Assembly: GCA_038496445.1 (NCBI GenBank)
Contig: JALMLS010000179.1
Location: 248,001-312,000, forward strand
Source: Trichosphaerium sp. ATCC 40318
Lineage: Eukaryota > Protista > Tubulinea
Reading direction: 5' to 3'
Length of the DNA stretch: 64,000 bases
Part shown: piece after piece, positions 36,634 through 49,950 of the stretch
How the letters are laid out: the number at the start of each line of letters is the position of its first letter
Position numbering within the stretch: the first letter of the stretch is position 1
The notes under the pieces: model-generated
Told to the model about the DNA's origin: nothing
Databases searched by the model: none
Seen by the model: the letters and a program-made list of their open reading frames with translations, nothing else
Position numbers and translations under genes: made by a program

Positions 36634-38736
36634 TAGCAAACATTGGAAACCGCTTTGGTAAAGATCAAGCTTTTGCACGGGCACCATCCTAACTGAGCAA
36701 AGAGCTAAGTGAGCGTTTAGAGTAGTTACAAATTTTACTCTCTAGCATGTGATTTCTTCCAAGAAATCTAAGTAATCTACGTGCACAAGTCACTAATGAT
36801 GTGCTATTTGTAGTGTTGTTCTTAATTAGCCTCTTCACACTAAATAAGGCAAAACCGTTTGAATATGAACCATGCGCTCTGCTTACAAAGGGACGATGAG
36901 TCGGCATTTATAGCACATGACAAACCTCGTTACTACTGAAACACTCAGAAAGTGTAACCATCAACGCACAATTTCATTGACTCCCCGACGGGGGCGATAA
37001 CAAAGCACAAGGTCAGAAGTGCAATGAAAAACTACGCAATTTCATACTCGATTCTTATTGTGATAAGTTTCAAAATGGATTTTATACAATACGCACTGTC
37101 AAAAAACAAAATTGTGGTATTCTTCCACCCCTCCACTCTAGCTTATAACGTCATTCTAATACAATTTGCGTGAGTTTAAAAGATAACGTACGTGATTGAT
37201 TATGAGGAATTAAAGAAAAAGTTGATTGACTTTTTGTAACTGGGTTGACTTGTTTCTTGGTAAGTTGGTTACCAGTCGCTTTTTTTGTGAAAAATATGTT
37301 TCTTGATTCTAATGTAATTTATATGTGAAGCTGTTGGTTTATTTAGCAAAGTGTTTGTTTAAGGAGCATTGCACACTACAGTTTGTCTGACACCTTCTTC
37401 GCAGATATCGTATCTCCATTTACCAGCATCAGTGCCACTTGCAAAGATACTCACACAATCAACAATTGGATCGTTGTTGTTTGATGAATCAAAGTTGGTG
37501 TATGTCACTGCAGATCCATCATGCCACACAAGAGTACCTATAGTAAAGTAAGAACTTAGAGTTGCCTCAAATTACTGCAAATCGAAAATACCTTCATTGG
37601 CAATTTCATTTGCGCCAATCCAACATTGAGAAGCACCAGCATCAGCACAAGCTTGTTGTACAGCTGCATTGTCAGCTGCATTTGTAATTTTGGCCATATC
37701 TGTTCCGTAGGTAGATTGGCATGCGTCTTGTCCAAGTGAAGCATCATATGTTGAAGAAAGTGTCACATATGAGTGCACAACAGGTGCATTGCAAAGAATC
37801 GTCTGCCTGACACCTTCTTCGCATATGTCATATCTCCATTTACCAGCATCAGTGCCACTTGCAAAGATACTTACACAATCCACAATTGGGTCGTTGTTGT
37901 TTGATGAATCAAAGTTGGTGTACTCAACAGAAGAGCCGTCATGCCATACAAGAGTACCTATATCACAAAGTTAGACCCATTGCTTTGAAAAGTTGTGGAT
38001 ACATACCTTCAAGTGCTATTTCATTTGCACCAATCCAACATTGTGAGGCTCCAGCATCAGCACATGTTGTTTGTGCAGCGATATTGTCAGCTTCAGTTAG
38101 AATCTTAGCGAGATCTGTGCCATACATAGATTGACATGCATCTTGCCCAAGTGAGGCATCGTATATTCCGCCAGCAACGTATGACGCAGTTTCAGGAGCG
38201 TTGCACACTACAGTTTGTCGGACACCTTCTTCGCAGATATCGTATCTCCATTTACCAGCATCAGTGCCACTTGCAAAGATACTCACACAATCAACTATAG
38301 GGTCATTGTTGTTTGATGAATCAAAGTTGGTGTATGTCACTGCAGATCCATCATGCCACACAAGAGTACCTATAGTAAAGTAAGAACTTATGAGGTGCCA
38401 CGTGAAAGGCGTTTAGAATTCTAGGTCGAACATACCTTCATTGGCTATTTCATTTGCACCAATCCAACATTGAGAAGCACCAGCATCAGCACAAGCTTGT
38501 TGTACAGCTGCATTGTCAGCTGCATTTGTAATTTTGGCCATATCTGTTCCGTAGGTAGATTGGCATGCGTCTTGTCCGTAGATAGCATCATAAGTGGAGC
38601 TGAGGGTAACATAGGTTGATGGAGCCATTGTAGGCGCATCGGTAGGGGCTGCAGTGACAGGTTCGTTGCATACAGCGTATCTGAAGGCATCACATGTTTC
38701 GTAGAACCATCCAGAAAACAGTGTTGAGAGTGCAAC

Positions 38737-41135
38737 TAGTACTGTTAACGGTCCGACTCAACTCGACTCGACTTTTTTTGAGAAAAAACGGTCCTGAGTC
38801 GACTCAAAAAAAAATTCATCAAATGAAAAGTCAAGCAAATTTATTCATCTTGATGTAATTAATACATTTGTGGTTTACACCAATACAAGTTTGTATTTCT
38901 ATGCTTTCTGGAGTTAAAGAACAGCGCTTCTTAGTCATAACATTTGAGGCACGAGAAAACAAGCGCTCCACTGTAGCAGAGGAAGCTGGCATGCCAAGGT
39001 ATTTCCGAGCTAAAACTGCCAAACGAGGATATTTGTTAGAATTGTTTCTCCACCAACATAGTGGGTCTTCAAATAAATCAATACCGTCAGCTGCTAGAAA
39101 GCGTTTCATCTCACCTTTAAGTCCAGCCTATGTGGTTTTAGAAGTTTTAATGGAAGTACATTTAAGATGTAAAAAACGCTGAAAAAAAAAAAAATGTTTC
39201 CAAACAAAATTGTTTTGTACCTTAGGAAGCTCTTTAGGGCGAAGAGCATTACCAACTAAAGCTCGCACACGCTTAGCCTTGGAAGTATCTGTTTTATCTG
39301 GTAGTTGCAAACATGTAACATTTGATTCTTTAGAGTCCATCAAGGTTTCAATATGGTGCCATATTGGTTGACGATCTTTTTTGTCTATGTAAACTAGTTT
39401 CTTTGTGCGAGGATCTAAAGCAGCAGCCATGTATGCTGCATCATGTAAAGGATCTTTACCAAATGCTTTCGGTTTTAATCGCTTTTTTATCTCTTTCAGA
39501 ACACTTTTAAGTACCTACAAACATGTAAAAAAAAGATAGAAAAAAAAAATAACAACAAAGCCATACCAGTTTTACAGTATCAGAAGCTTGTGCTTTTCCA
39601 CTCTCCGTCAATAGCATTTGAGAAGCATTCTCCCGTAACACAATGACTAATACATGCACTAAAGATAATGTAGGGTATGTGTCACCTTCTAGAAGTTCTA
39701 ATACATCGGCAATGGGCTCCAGAACATCAAGGATGTGTTGAAAAATATTTTTCCTTGTACCAATTAAGAGTTCACTAAGAAAGTCCATTAAAGGAATCTC
39801 TTCCGAATCTTTAGCCCTAGCACGGTAGATTTCGTGAACATGGTGTAAGGTATCATAATGCTTGAGGAAATTTTTAAGCATAAAGTATGTAGAGCTCCAT
39901 CTGGTCGTAACATCTTATTGAAAAAAAAAATCAGGTTAATCAATTCAAAAAAAAAACTTTACCTTTTGGTATGGAGATTGGCTCATCAGCGTGGGTTGCA
40001 AAATAGCGTTGAGCACTTGGCGAGCGTCTAAATGAGGCAATAAAACTGCGTAATATAGCAATCCATGATTTGACATGTTTTAAAGCAGCACCTACCACTA
40101 ACTGTAAGATGTGACAATAGCAGCCCATAAAAATGGCGCCATTCGTATTTGTTTCGTTGTTACTCCAGGTGCATAATTTTTTATTTGCTAAAACAGCATT
40201 TGCAGCTGTGTCGGCTATATAAGCATCCGGTACTACGCCATAATCACATAATCTAGCCACTACAGCTTCCTAGGTGAGTTGATAAGTATTTTTTTGATAA
40301 ATAAAAACACAGCGTACACAAATATTGTCAGCTGTGTGTTGTTGAGGGAAAGCTATCACTCCCAGACAAAGCGTCCAGATCTTCCAATCTGTGTCCATAA
40401 ATGCCAAAGAGAGTCCAAGATAGCTTCTTCCGCGTTTATCTGTCCATATATCTGATATGGCTGTTGTATTTTGTACTAGCTTTGGCAAAGCTTTACAGAT
40501 CAGGTTTTTTTGAAACAAAAATCTTTGTTTTGCTAGTTTATGCACTGTTTGTCTACAAGGTAGTTTATACCGTGGTTTTAAGCGCTTAACCAAGTGTATA
40601 AATTCTACCTCTTCTATGAGTTCTTTAGAGCTTCGACAAGGTGAGTCTGCGCGTACCAACTGTGCTCCAAGGTTTCGCATGCACAAGAATCCATGTCATT
40701 AATTTTTCATCAATTTCGCTTTGTTCTTTTACAGAAAGTGGGCTAATTACCCCTACTGCTTCTAATTTACGCTGAGTTCGGTCTTCCCATTCAATAAGGT
40801 GTTTGTTAACACAAACAAACTTTAAATGCCTTCGCAATGTTGTTGTGCTTGAGCCATTGAATTGTTTACCACAATAATGGCATCTACATCGTATTTTTTT
40901 TGGAGTTTCACTGTCACAAGCATCCATGTGTGGCCACACATCTGATTTGGTGGAGTACACCCTTTTAGCCATCAATCAAACGCTATGTGTGATTGTAACA
41001 ATACGAGAAAAAGAACTTAAAACCAGGTTTTTATTATTTACACGTGTTTTTTTTTAAGTCGACTCAACTCAGTCCGACTCAACTTTTTATAAAATCAGTC
41101 CGACTCGACTTAAGACTGAGTCGTTAACAGTACTA
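38737..41135 (-). mobile_element. Autonomous hAT DNA transposon (2,399 bp)
   Basis: Perfect 14-bp TIRs TAGTACTGTTAACG / CGTTAACAGTACTA; 8-bp TSD AGTGCAAC (38729-38736, 41136-41143); GACTC subterminal repeats. Confidence 0.98.
38831..40972 (-). CDS. hAT transposase, about 618 aa, 5 introns
   Basis: BED finger (VW..CHYC..TTTLRRHL), SDIWTD, ADTAAN, CYCH, DVTTRWSST, LDPR, ASSATVERLFS. Introns at 40614-40656, 40270-40317, 39914-39962, 39515-39566 and 39128-39220. Confidence 0.95.
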
Positions 41136-43095
41136 AGTGCAACACAGTTTCTTCCAGCACTATTCCTGGTGACAATGAAAGACATGAATCGGTTGTAGTC
41201 TACAATACTTCCATCTCTCCAAAGGAATATGTCTGTAATTAAAAGTCAGACCTTGTTATGATGGAGTATTTGCTTAAACGCAGTACCTTCATCAAGGGCA
41301 TCAGTAGCGCCAATCCAACATTGCTCACTAAGGCCAAGGGCATTACAGGCATCAATGGCATCATCGTGATCTTGTTGAGAACTGATTGTTGCTAGATCTG
41401 TGCCATGAGTACTTTGACAAGCAGCTTGTGCATCTGTCGCTGACATTTCAGTTGATAGAACGACATACGCATTGGCCACACATACAACCAACGATATAAG
41501 TATCTACAAATTGCACTATGTTAGAGCACACTTATTTGACAAAAGTGAATGTCGTACTAAGAGTTTCGAAGTGTTTATCATTTGAGGATACAGTTGTAAG
41601 TTTGTTTGTTGTTGTTGTTTGTTATGTTTGTATTTTTGATATTTGTTTTATTCTGGCTAAAGAGTTTGCCTATCAAAACTTGGTGGTTTCAACGTGTTGC
41701 AGTCGTGTTGGTCGAGGCCAAAAACAAACCACGAAAGTAATCACTGAAAAAAAAACTTGTTCAAAACATGCTGTTTGAACAACAGTTCAATTGCAAGGCA
41801 AACTTACTCTTGAAAAAAAAAAAATAACGTCACATCACAAAAAACTGTGACAATCGCAAAGCCGTGTATCTCCACAAAAGCATAACAACGCTCAGCTAAC
41901 ACTAGCAACATGTTATTTTGTTGGTAAATATTACTCTTCACGCCACGCGCGAACTCGCTCATTCTTCACGATATATTCAAGTACTCGGGTGTGCAGCGTG
42001 TAATCTTGAGATTAAGACAGTAAAGAAGCTCGTGGACACTTCATAAATAAAGTGTGCACGTGTGAACAACTTTTTTAATGTAAACGTAAAAGCGCTCGCT
42101 AGCTCACGAAAAAACACTCGCATTGGCTATTCCACCCCGCCGTTATGAGTAGTCGTAGGGCGTTGTAGCTCAAGACGAAAAGATAGACCTTATGTTACTT
42201 AAATCAATGGATAATCTAAACAGTTTCGCGATAAAACATGAGGCACGATTACTACAGCTATCAGATGGCTATCACGTTAAAATATACACTCTTAGATACT
42301 ATTGATACTGACTATTGATTCGGGAGTAAAATTTGACACGTTCTAGCCATGGCTTTTTACTAAAAATTTCTTCAACCAATAGCACTCCGTCATAATAATG
42401 GGTAGCTTTTGAGACAGTTTAATAAAGCACTAGAATAGTTTGAGGAAAGTTTGGTTTTGTTTCCTGTTGATGTGTTACCTATCACGTGATTCAAACAGCG
42501 TTCAAGGTTAAACCAGCTCTTTGCACCTGCGCCTCCGGTATTTTCACCAGCGCGTAGCAAACTGACAGTGATTTGTGTCACTGTTAGTGCGTTGATCATC
42601 TCTTAGGTTTCACTGCTTAAAAGAACGTACATACTCTTCGTATTTCGATCTTAATTATCTAGTATTATACCTTCTCTACAAAATAAATCTTCAAAATCTC
42701 TGTTGAGCTGGTTGCAATGCACCCAGGTACTGTAAACCCTTCAAAGCCTTAATCCCATATTCTGTAACACTTGTTTTTGATACATTAATACGTCGCACCA
42801 CCGCCAAGTCGTATAAGCTTCCACCGCACTCCGACAGTGAGTGTAGTCTATTCTTAGATTATTCTTAAACAGATCCTACAGGGTTTTGCCTGCGGATACT
42901 TTACTATGACATCCTGCTATGCAGGCTGCGCTCCAAACCAAAGTGGTATGATTTTCAGTGAGTTGGAGTGCTTTAGAAGTAAAAATCAGACAGTAGAAAG
43001 AATACGCTGAACACCAGACAGTCAACATGTTTCGTACCTTAAATATTATTCAAATGAACAAAATGCGCACGCGGTACAAAAATCAATACCAGTAG

Positions 43096-44682
43096 TTATA
43101 ACAACTCAGCTTATAATAGGGCAAAGCGAAATCTTGACATTAAAGAAGAAAAAGAAGCAAAAAGGAGAAAGAGAAGGTAATAGTGCTAACACAAACGCCA
43201 GCATCTCATTTTTGAAGCTCAGAAAATAACTCATTACAATCAACTTTGAATCTTCAAATTTAACAATAAAAAATCAATGATTTAAAGTTTTGAATAGTAT
43301 CAAACTGACATCTTATAGCCAATTACGAACAGCCTCTTTGCCAAGTTTATCTGAATACACGCATTTGTGTGACTTGGATATCACACTTGAGACTGAAGAT
43401 GGTAACAAGATTGTTCGTGTACAATCAGGAAGAATGATACTTTCTTTAAACTCAAAGTACTCCTCGTTTTTTCTTTAATAGCTAATAAACTACAGGTACT
43501 TTAATAATGAGTTAAAGGACATAACATCAGGAGAGTATACCTACATTCTTGGAGAAAAAGAGACAGAAGAGTCTGTACTTGCACTACTCGACATTCTCTC
43601 TTCACGTGATAGCAAAATCAAAAAAGAAACTGTTGTATCAGATAATACTTCAATGTACACCATAGTCGCAAATGAACTATTAAACGTACGTGTCACATAT
43701 TAGTATCTTAACTAATTTACCTAGAAAGATGAAGATTCTGACTACGCTAAACAACTGTTCAAACATATTTATTGTGTTTGTTCCTTTGAGGAACTTATCA
43801 ATCTTGTAGTACCAGACGATTTCAAGTGTCATACATCTTTTTTAAATGCAATAATACGACACCATTCAAACACATCAACATTGATACAACACCTCATTGA
43901 TACCAAGAAAACAGCCAAAGTTGAACATAAAGTACTTGATCTTATGTGGAAGCACTACAAAGAAGGATGTGACCAACCGTATATTGATTCATCAGCCGAC
44001 CTATGCATACTTGCATGTACGTAGTATAATTTGAAAACTGTTCATTGATACACTAGGTATGAGCAATCATGTTGTCTTAGCTAAAAAGATGGAAACTAGT
44101 TTACCTTGCGTATTTGCAGGCTATTTGTGGAAACGTCAAATAGCCTCTAGGTGCTGGTGGGTACCATTGTGGCAGCAACTATGTTGTGAGTATTTCCCCA
44201 ATTTGGATACTCTCGCTATGAGATCTCAGTCGGATCTTGACAATGAGCTTTTCCAAAAGTTATACGGATCCTCTAGGTTGCAGTAAATACTACTTGATAA
44301 AGTTAACAGTTACAATAGAACACAACAACAAAAGCCACCATGCATTGGTAAAACAGCTTCTGCAACAATCAGTGTACCTGTTGCAAAACTGAGGGTTAAT
44401 GTCACATTTTACATGGCTGGAATAATGTGGTACAGGCACTGCGAAATTAAAGTGTTGTTAAGTGTTTCTAGGAGTGTTGGTACCAAGGTTAGCAATATTA
44501 AGGCGACTAAAATTTTGGTATTTCCGGCCCACATAGATGATATTTTGCGAGTGCCATACTTTTTTCGCTGTGGGCTGCCAGGACCAAAAAAAAAAGTGAC
44601 TTTTTATCGTAAAACTAACGAGGACCCCTCGAAAGTAGTTGTAAAAGCGTGTCATACTGACTCCACACCACCCTTTTATTGA
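43096..44682 (+). CDS. BTB/POZ-like domain protein (5' end uncertain)
   Basis: LCDLDITL..RMILSLNSK/YF resembles the start of a BTB domain; exons link in frame to 44682. Confidence 0.5.
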
Positions 44683-45006
44683 ATTGAAGCTGTATGTAGA
44701 CAACTAAGATATGCAAAAATAGTAACATCAAAGGGACTACGTTAGAGTTTTATCACTTATTGGATGAATGCCACCAGTATCACGTGATAAGGAATTAGCA
44801 TGTTTAGCCATACCATTGAAGATAATAAATTATTAAGTAATTACAGTTAGGAACACAAGTTCAAAAAAATAACACCATCTTTGTAGTTAGTTACACTTTC
44901 TTTATTTACAATGTAAGAAAATGGCATTGATTGCCTTTTGTCGAAGTTGTAAGCTACGCTTCGTTATAATATCTAATGAGTGGTTTATCACATATTACTC
45001 ACTTGT

Positions 45007-48000
45007 CTATTTACGATAATTTTTGCGCTGGAAGGCCGTTGGTTTTCTAGGAGCGAAAAAGTTTGATTTTCTTGAAGAGTATGAATTATAAGATCCGTAG
45101 GATTTGTTCTTCTTGAGTGGACAAGCATTTGACCAATGACCTGGCTTATTGCAGTTGAAGCACTTATTACCATAGCTACTGGTACCACCACTTGAAGATT
45201 GTCTATACGCGTTCCTTTGCTCTTGAATGGCACGTCTGTTCACCATGTTTGTTGGTTTTAATTTATACAAGTCGTTGTTAACAAATGTTTTGTTATGCCA
45301 TTCCCATACAACCTTATCAACTGTAATTTTACTAAACAAGCAAGGCGTTAGTTATGTTATATTATATTATATTTAGTAGTGAATCACAAGTTTTTTAAAT
45401 GGTCTAGAAGGCTAAAGTTGCAACAAAAATAAAATCACGTGATAAAATATTTCATAGAAATTACTTTTGTTTGCAAGGTTTTTGATTTTGTGTTGGTTTT
45501 AATCACCACGTGGAGTTTTTTAATTATGTACCTTTCGTTGAAACCTTTTAGGTGTAGCCCACTTAGAGTACGAACCCTGCTAAGTGCAACATAACCTTGT
45601 CCAGGTTCAAAAATATTATCAAGTGTTGCTTCAACTTTATCAAGCGACATGCCTTGACACTTATGTATAGTTAATGCCCAAGCAAGTTTTAAAGGAATTT
45701 GAACCCGCATGCACCTCCCATGAGGTGCTACTTCAGAGCAAAAAGCTTCTAAAACAATGATTAAACCAAGAAAGAAAAAAAAACTAGAAAGAAAGCGAAG
45801 TTGGTCTTAAACGCATACCTGGAATAATTGTTTCTTCAGCGCCATTAGCAAAGCGTACAACAGGTAGTCGTCCATTAGTACGTCTTATTTTTAGTAATGC
45901 TTGTAGTTGGTACACATATCTTCTATGTATATCATCCAAGTAAGATGCTCTATTATGATGTTTGCTATCTCTCTTTTGTTTTTTTATTTCTGTAATTTTC
46001 GATAACACACGGTCGAAGCTAGGCTCAAGATTGCTTTCCCAATTCAGTAATACGCCTCTTGATCCATTGACAAGTGGTGTTACACCCTTAGGGGAATGTG
46101 TTAGAAAAGTAAGAAACACGTGTTAATAGACTGGGAAAGGAAATTCGAACGAAAAGATTTTGTTAAACTTCGTTTTAAGTATTCTTCCTGTGACATACGT
46201 GAAACCGCAAATTTTTTAGCAACATCACCTGTGCACCAACCTTCAATGATATAGACTCTAAAGCTTGACTCCTAGATGGACAATTAATACAGAAAATGGT
46301 ATTTGACGGCAAAACAAAAAAAACAACATACTTGGTAAAAAACTTGTCTTCCTCCAAACGCTTCTTGCTTATAGAGTAGTTCTTGCTCTGAGAATGTGCT
46401 TCCTTCAATGATTCCAATTGTCTAACATACATATTTGCCTAACACAGAGTGTCAAAAAGGGTGGGTTTCAAAAGAGCCACAAAAGAGATCATACCAACAT
46501 TAGGTTACTCTTTTTTTTTCCTTCACCTTTGTTATCATCTGTATTAGGTAGAGATCTACCACCACCTACTTCAGTTGTGTCTACGGAGCCAAACGTTATC
46601 TAATAGGTGATTAAGATAAGAAATAATCCATCATGACGGTACCATAGATGCACGCAGTTTTTGTAAACGATCAAGGTTGATTTGATCAACTTTCTAGATA
46701 AAAAACATTATTCCTTGTATATCTTTGGAGTGCTTACACTATTCCTTGCATATAGTATAGTAGGATGAATACCATCGCTGACACTAAGTCTTTTGTTGCA
46801 ACTTCTCAGAAGAGTTTTTGTTCCTGGTGTGATACGACCAACACGAAGATCATTTAAACAACTAACAAATTTTATATCATCTTGTCGAAACGCCTTTAAC
46901 ACAATGCTATCAATACCAAGAAAAAAAACAAGTCTACGAGCAAATGCATAAATATATGACATACCTTAGTCAACTCAAACATGTTATTACGGAATAACGA
47001 CTTCCAGTTGTCCGCCTTTAAAAATAAGAGTAAAAATCACGTGAACTTACAACTAGAAAAGTGACGTACTTCAAATGCGTATTTACTTGTTTTCCATGGC
47101 TTTTCACCAGTCCTACTTTGACCACCAGAGCTGGAGTGTATCGGTGGGAGTTGGAAAAAATCCTATGAAGCTTGGTTAGCTTAAAAATTGCATGTCTTTA
47201 ACCAAGGAAAATAAAAGTGTTTACCCCTGTAGCTATTACTTGAATACGGCCATAAAACGGTTCTTGTCCCGATGCTTCGCTACGATAGTGGCTCGAGTTA
47301 TCTTTAGGCGCAAGCATACCAGTGACTGTTTTGATAATACCATCCAATAGTTCACCTGATATCATTGATATTTCGTCAATAATAAGAACGTCAAGTTTAT
47401 CCCATCTAGCGCTGTGTTAACAACAAAGAGTGCGTTTCTTAAAGTAAGTACGTTTCTCTTCTAGCATACATCTTATTGAGATCTATACGGGATAATGAGT
47501 AAAACACGACAGAGAAAAAAAGAGGAAAGTCCCAGGCAAGCAATAAAAAATTAGCGCACCACTTTCAAACCGAATTATACCACAACCAGCGAATGAATGA
47601 AGTGTTGTACCTTCTAGAGGCACAGCAGCTATACCTATAAAAACAAAAGTTAGCAATCAAAAAAAAGTAAAGAGAACACAAAAAGTTATTACCTGTTGAA
47701 GCTGTGATAGCCACTTTTTCGCTGAATTTATTTGAATATTTTTTACGAAGTCCATCGATTATTCGTTTTATCAAAAACGATTTACCAACACCACCAGGAC
47801 CAGTGATAAACAAAGATTCTCCAGACATTGCAATATCATAAATCAATTGCTGGTCTTCACTTAGTTTAGGCTTTCTTGTGACATGAATAGCGGATTCAAA
47901 TGGCTCCAACTGTTGTGTTTTCTTTGGCTTTGGTGTTGAAGGTTTGATTTTGTTCTTTAAAGCTTGAGCTCTATAAAAGTGTAAGTGTCACGTGATACAC

Positions 48001-48417
48001 TCAAAATATCACTTGATATTGATCTTGTAATTATACCTCTTTGAAGGCAGTTGAGCTTTTTTATATACACGTCCAGGCAGTGGAGGTCTTTTGGCGAGTA
48101 GGTCAGATAAATCAAAGAGATTTCGTTCCACCTCCTTTAGCACTGCATCAGTTTTTGATTTATTGCTAGCTGAGGTATTTACAGCAGTTTCATCGCCAGT
48201 TAAATCTATTTTGATAGGTTTGGACGTCTTTGTGACGCAATCATCTACCAGGTCGATTTTAACGATTTTCTGTCGTTTAGCGGCCGTAACACGCGTATTT
48301 TCACTCTATAGTTGACTCTTGTTACATTCTGGAAGGATTTTGAAGTAACTCATGGAAGACTCTGTTTAAGCGTACGAGAAATGATCTTTTACGCTTTCTT
48401 GCATCAGTGTTATCCAT
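45007..48417 (-). CDS. PIF1: PIF1-family DNA helicase with a C-terminal CCHC zinc knuckle
   Basis: [80 protein letters not shown]; [14 protein letters not shown]. Confidence 0.93.
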
Positions 48418-49018
48418 AGTAGAACCCAAACAAACGAGAAACTTAGTAAACGTAATTCTTGGCGGTCGAATATTCAAATTTTCTAACCGCTACGTCACAA
48501 TCGCTTTTCGTACAGATCTTCAATGCATACGATATCATGCACGTACGCGCTACATAAATTTGCGTAGCGTTAAAACTGTTTGGAAGGAGTGTCGCTTTTT
48601 GTTTAAGAAAGTACGGAACTCGATGAGTTTTGAAAAAATTGCTTTGCTGTCAGTACTTTTCTCCGGTACAGTATAAACGAAATCGCAAATGGTTTGTTGC
48701 ACGTATGTGTATAGTATCGTAGCTAAATGGTAAAATAGCAATTCAAGTGTAAGATAGATAGTTAGTTATGAGGTAGAGTAAAAACGTCGCAAAGATTCTC
48801 GAAACTTTCTCAAAGCGAAGCTTCCCAGTCGTTTTAAAATAGTGCGATTTTCCGCCATTACTGATACCAATTCTATGCTTTAACCGACTTTACTGATGTT
48901 ACAACATTAACAAGTATCACACAAGCCTCAAACAACATAAGTGATAATGGGTATAGAAGACTTCTCTGTCACATTATTGCAACAAGTTGTTTTAACAGTT
49001 CCATTGAAAAAGTCTTGA

Positions 49019-49717
49019 TCACTCTCTGTTACAACCACTTGCCATTAAATCTCCAACATTTTTTATATTGCTAGAGTTCCTCCCATAGAAAACAGGTACC
49101 CCAATCATCAGTTCATCCATTTTATAGGTATAGTCGTCATTAATGTAATCTCCATCTTCTAATCCTGCCTCTTCTAGGGTTCTATTATTAAGCCATTCAA
49201 CATCATCTTCTGAAAGAGGACCAACACTCCAATCAACTAAATAATGATCTTGGCTTTCATCATCTGCCGCCAAAAAGCAGCCATTTATCCTCCTTCCCAT
49301 TTGAATAAGCTCTAGTTTATAACCATTACGTAGTTTAACAGCAACAAGGAATGAATCTATGGCCATGGTAGCACGTATACGGCATCGCTTAAGCCTTCTT
49401 GCAAGGTCATGAGTTGTCATTGTTTTTGGGCACGTGAATCTGTATTCGTGATTGTATTGCATGTATATTAGGTTAAGTGTTGGACTTGTACGTATAAGTA
49501 TAAATGATACTATCATTTGAATGATCTCTTCTGGTATTATGTAGTCTGTTATTTTATAACGAAGAAGCATAGAGCAGTAAACAGAACTGTTTACTGAGTT
49601 TTTAGTATATTTTCTATTTTCTGGTTTAATACACTTTACACTGTCTCGTTTAAGTAGGTAATGCTTTGGCTTGTAATTATATTTATCATATACCGGATCA
49701 CCTTGTTTTTCAGCCAT
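49019..49717 (-). CDS. Hypothetical protein with F-box-like and ubiquitin-like motifs
   Basis: Intronless ORF; IPEEIIQMIVSF; NRTLEEAGLEDGDYI. Confidence 0.55.
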   Translation of the reverse strand: MAEKQGDPVYDKYNYKPKHYLLKRDSVKCIKPENRKYTKNSVNSSVYCSMLLRYKITDYIIPEEIIQMIVSFILIRTSPTLNLIYMQYNHEYRFTCPKTMTTHDLARRLKRCRIRATMAIDSFLVAVKLRNGYKLELIQMGRRINGCFLAADDESQDHYLVDWSVGPLSEDDVEWLNNRTLEEAGLEDGDYINDDYTYKMDELMIGVPVFYGRNSSNIKNVGDLMASGCNRE

Positions 49718-49950
49718 TGTTGAAACTACAAACAACATAAAGTCCAAATAATTCAAACCCCAATTTTTTTGTATCCTTTGAAGTGTTCCGAAACAAGTCT
49801 AGATCAACATTGAAATGGATCACGTCATCATAAGGTGTTCTTACAGTAAGAAACTAAGAACACTCATATCCAAGTTAGATTAGACTGTTATAAAACATAA
49901 TGCTAAGAGATGGTAAAAAGTGTTTACTAGGATTACAAGAGTACAATTAT

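Larger units (their letters stand above)
37359..41581 (-). pseudogene. Secreted protein with four C-type lectin-like domains, disrupted by a hAT insertion
   Basis: Signal peptide MINTSKLL/ILISLVVCVANA; repeated ACQS.YGTDLA, CWIGA, W.DGS, CV, KW..C motifs. Domains 2-4 are near-identical. The exon of domain 1 is split at 38737-41135. Confidence 0.85.

Noticed and set aside
41600-43090. Possible gene upstream of the BTB gene
   Set aside because: Only short interrupted frames; no model could be built with confidence.
45007-48417. PIF1 as a Helitron helicase
   Set aside because: No HUH Rep motifs or Helitron termini recognised; the intron-rich structure fits a host gene.
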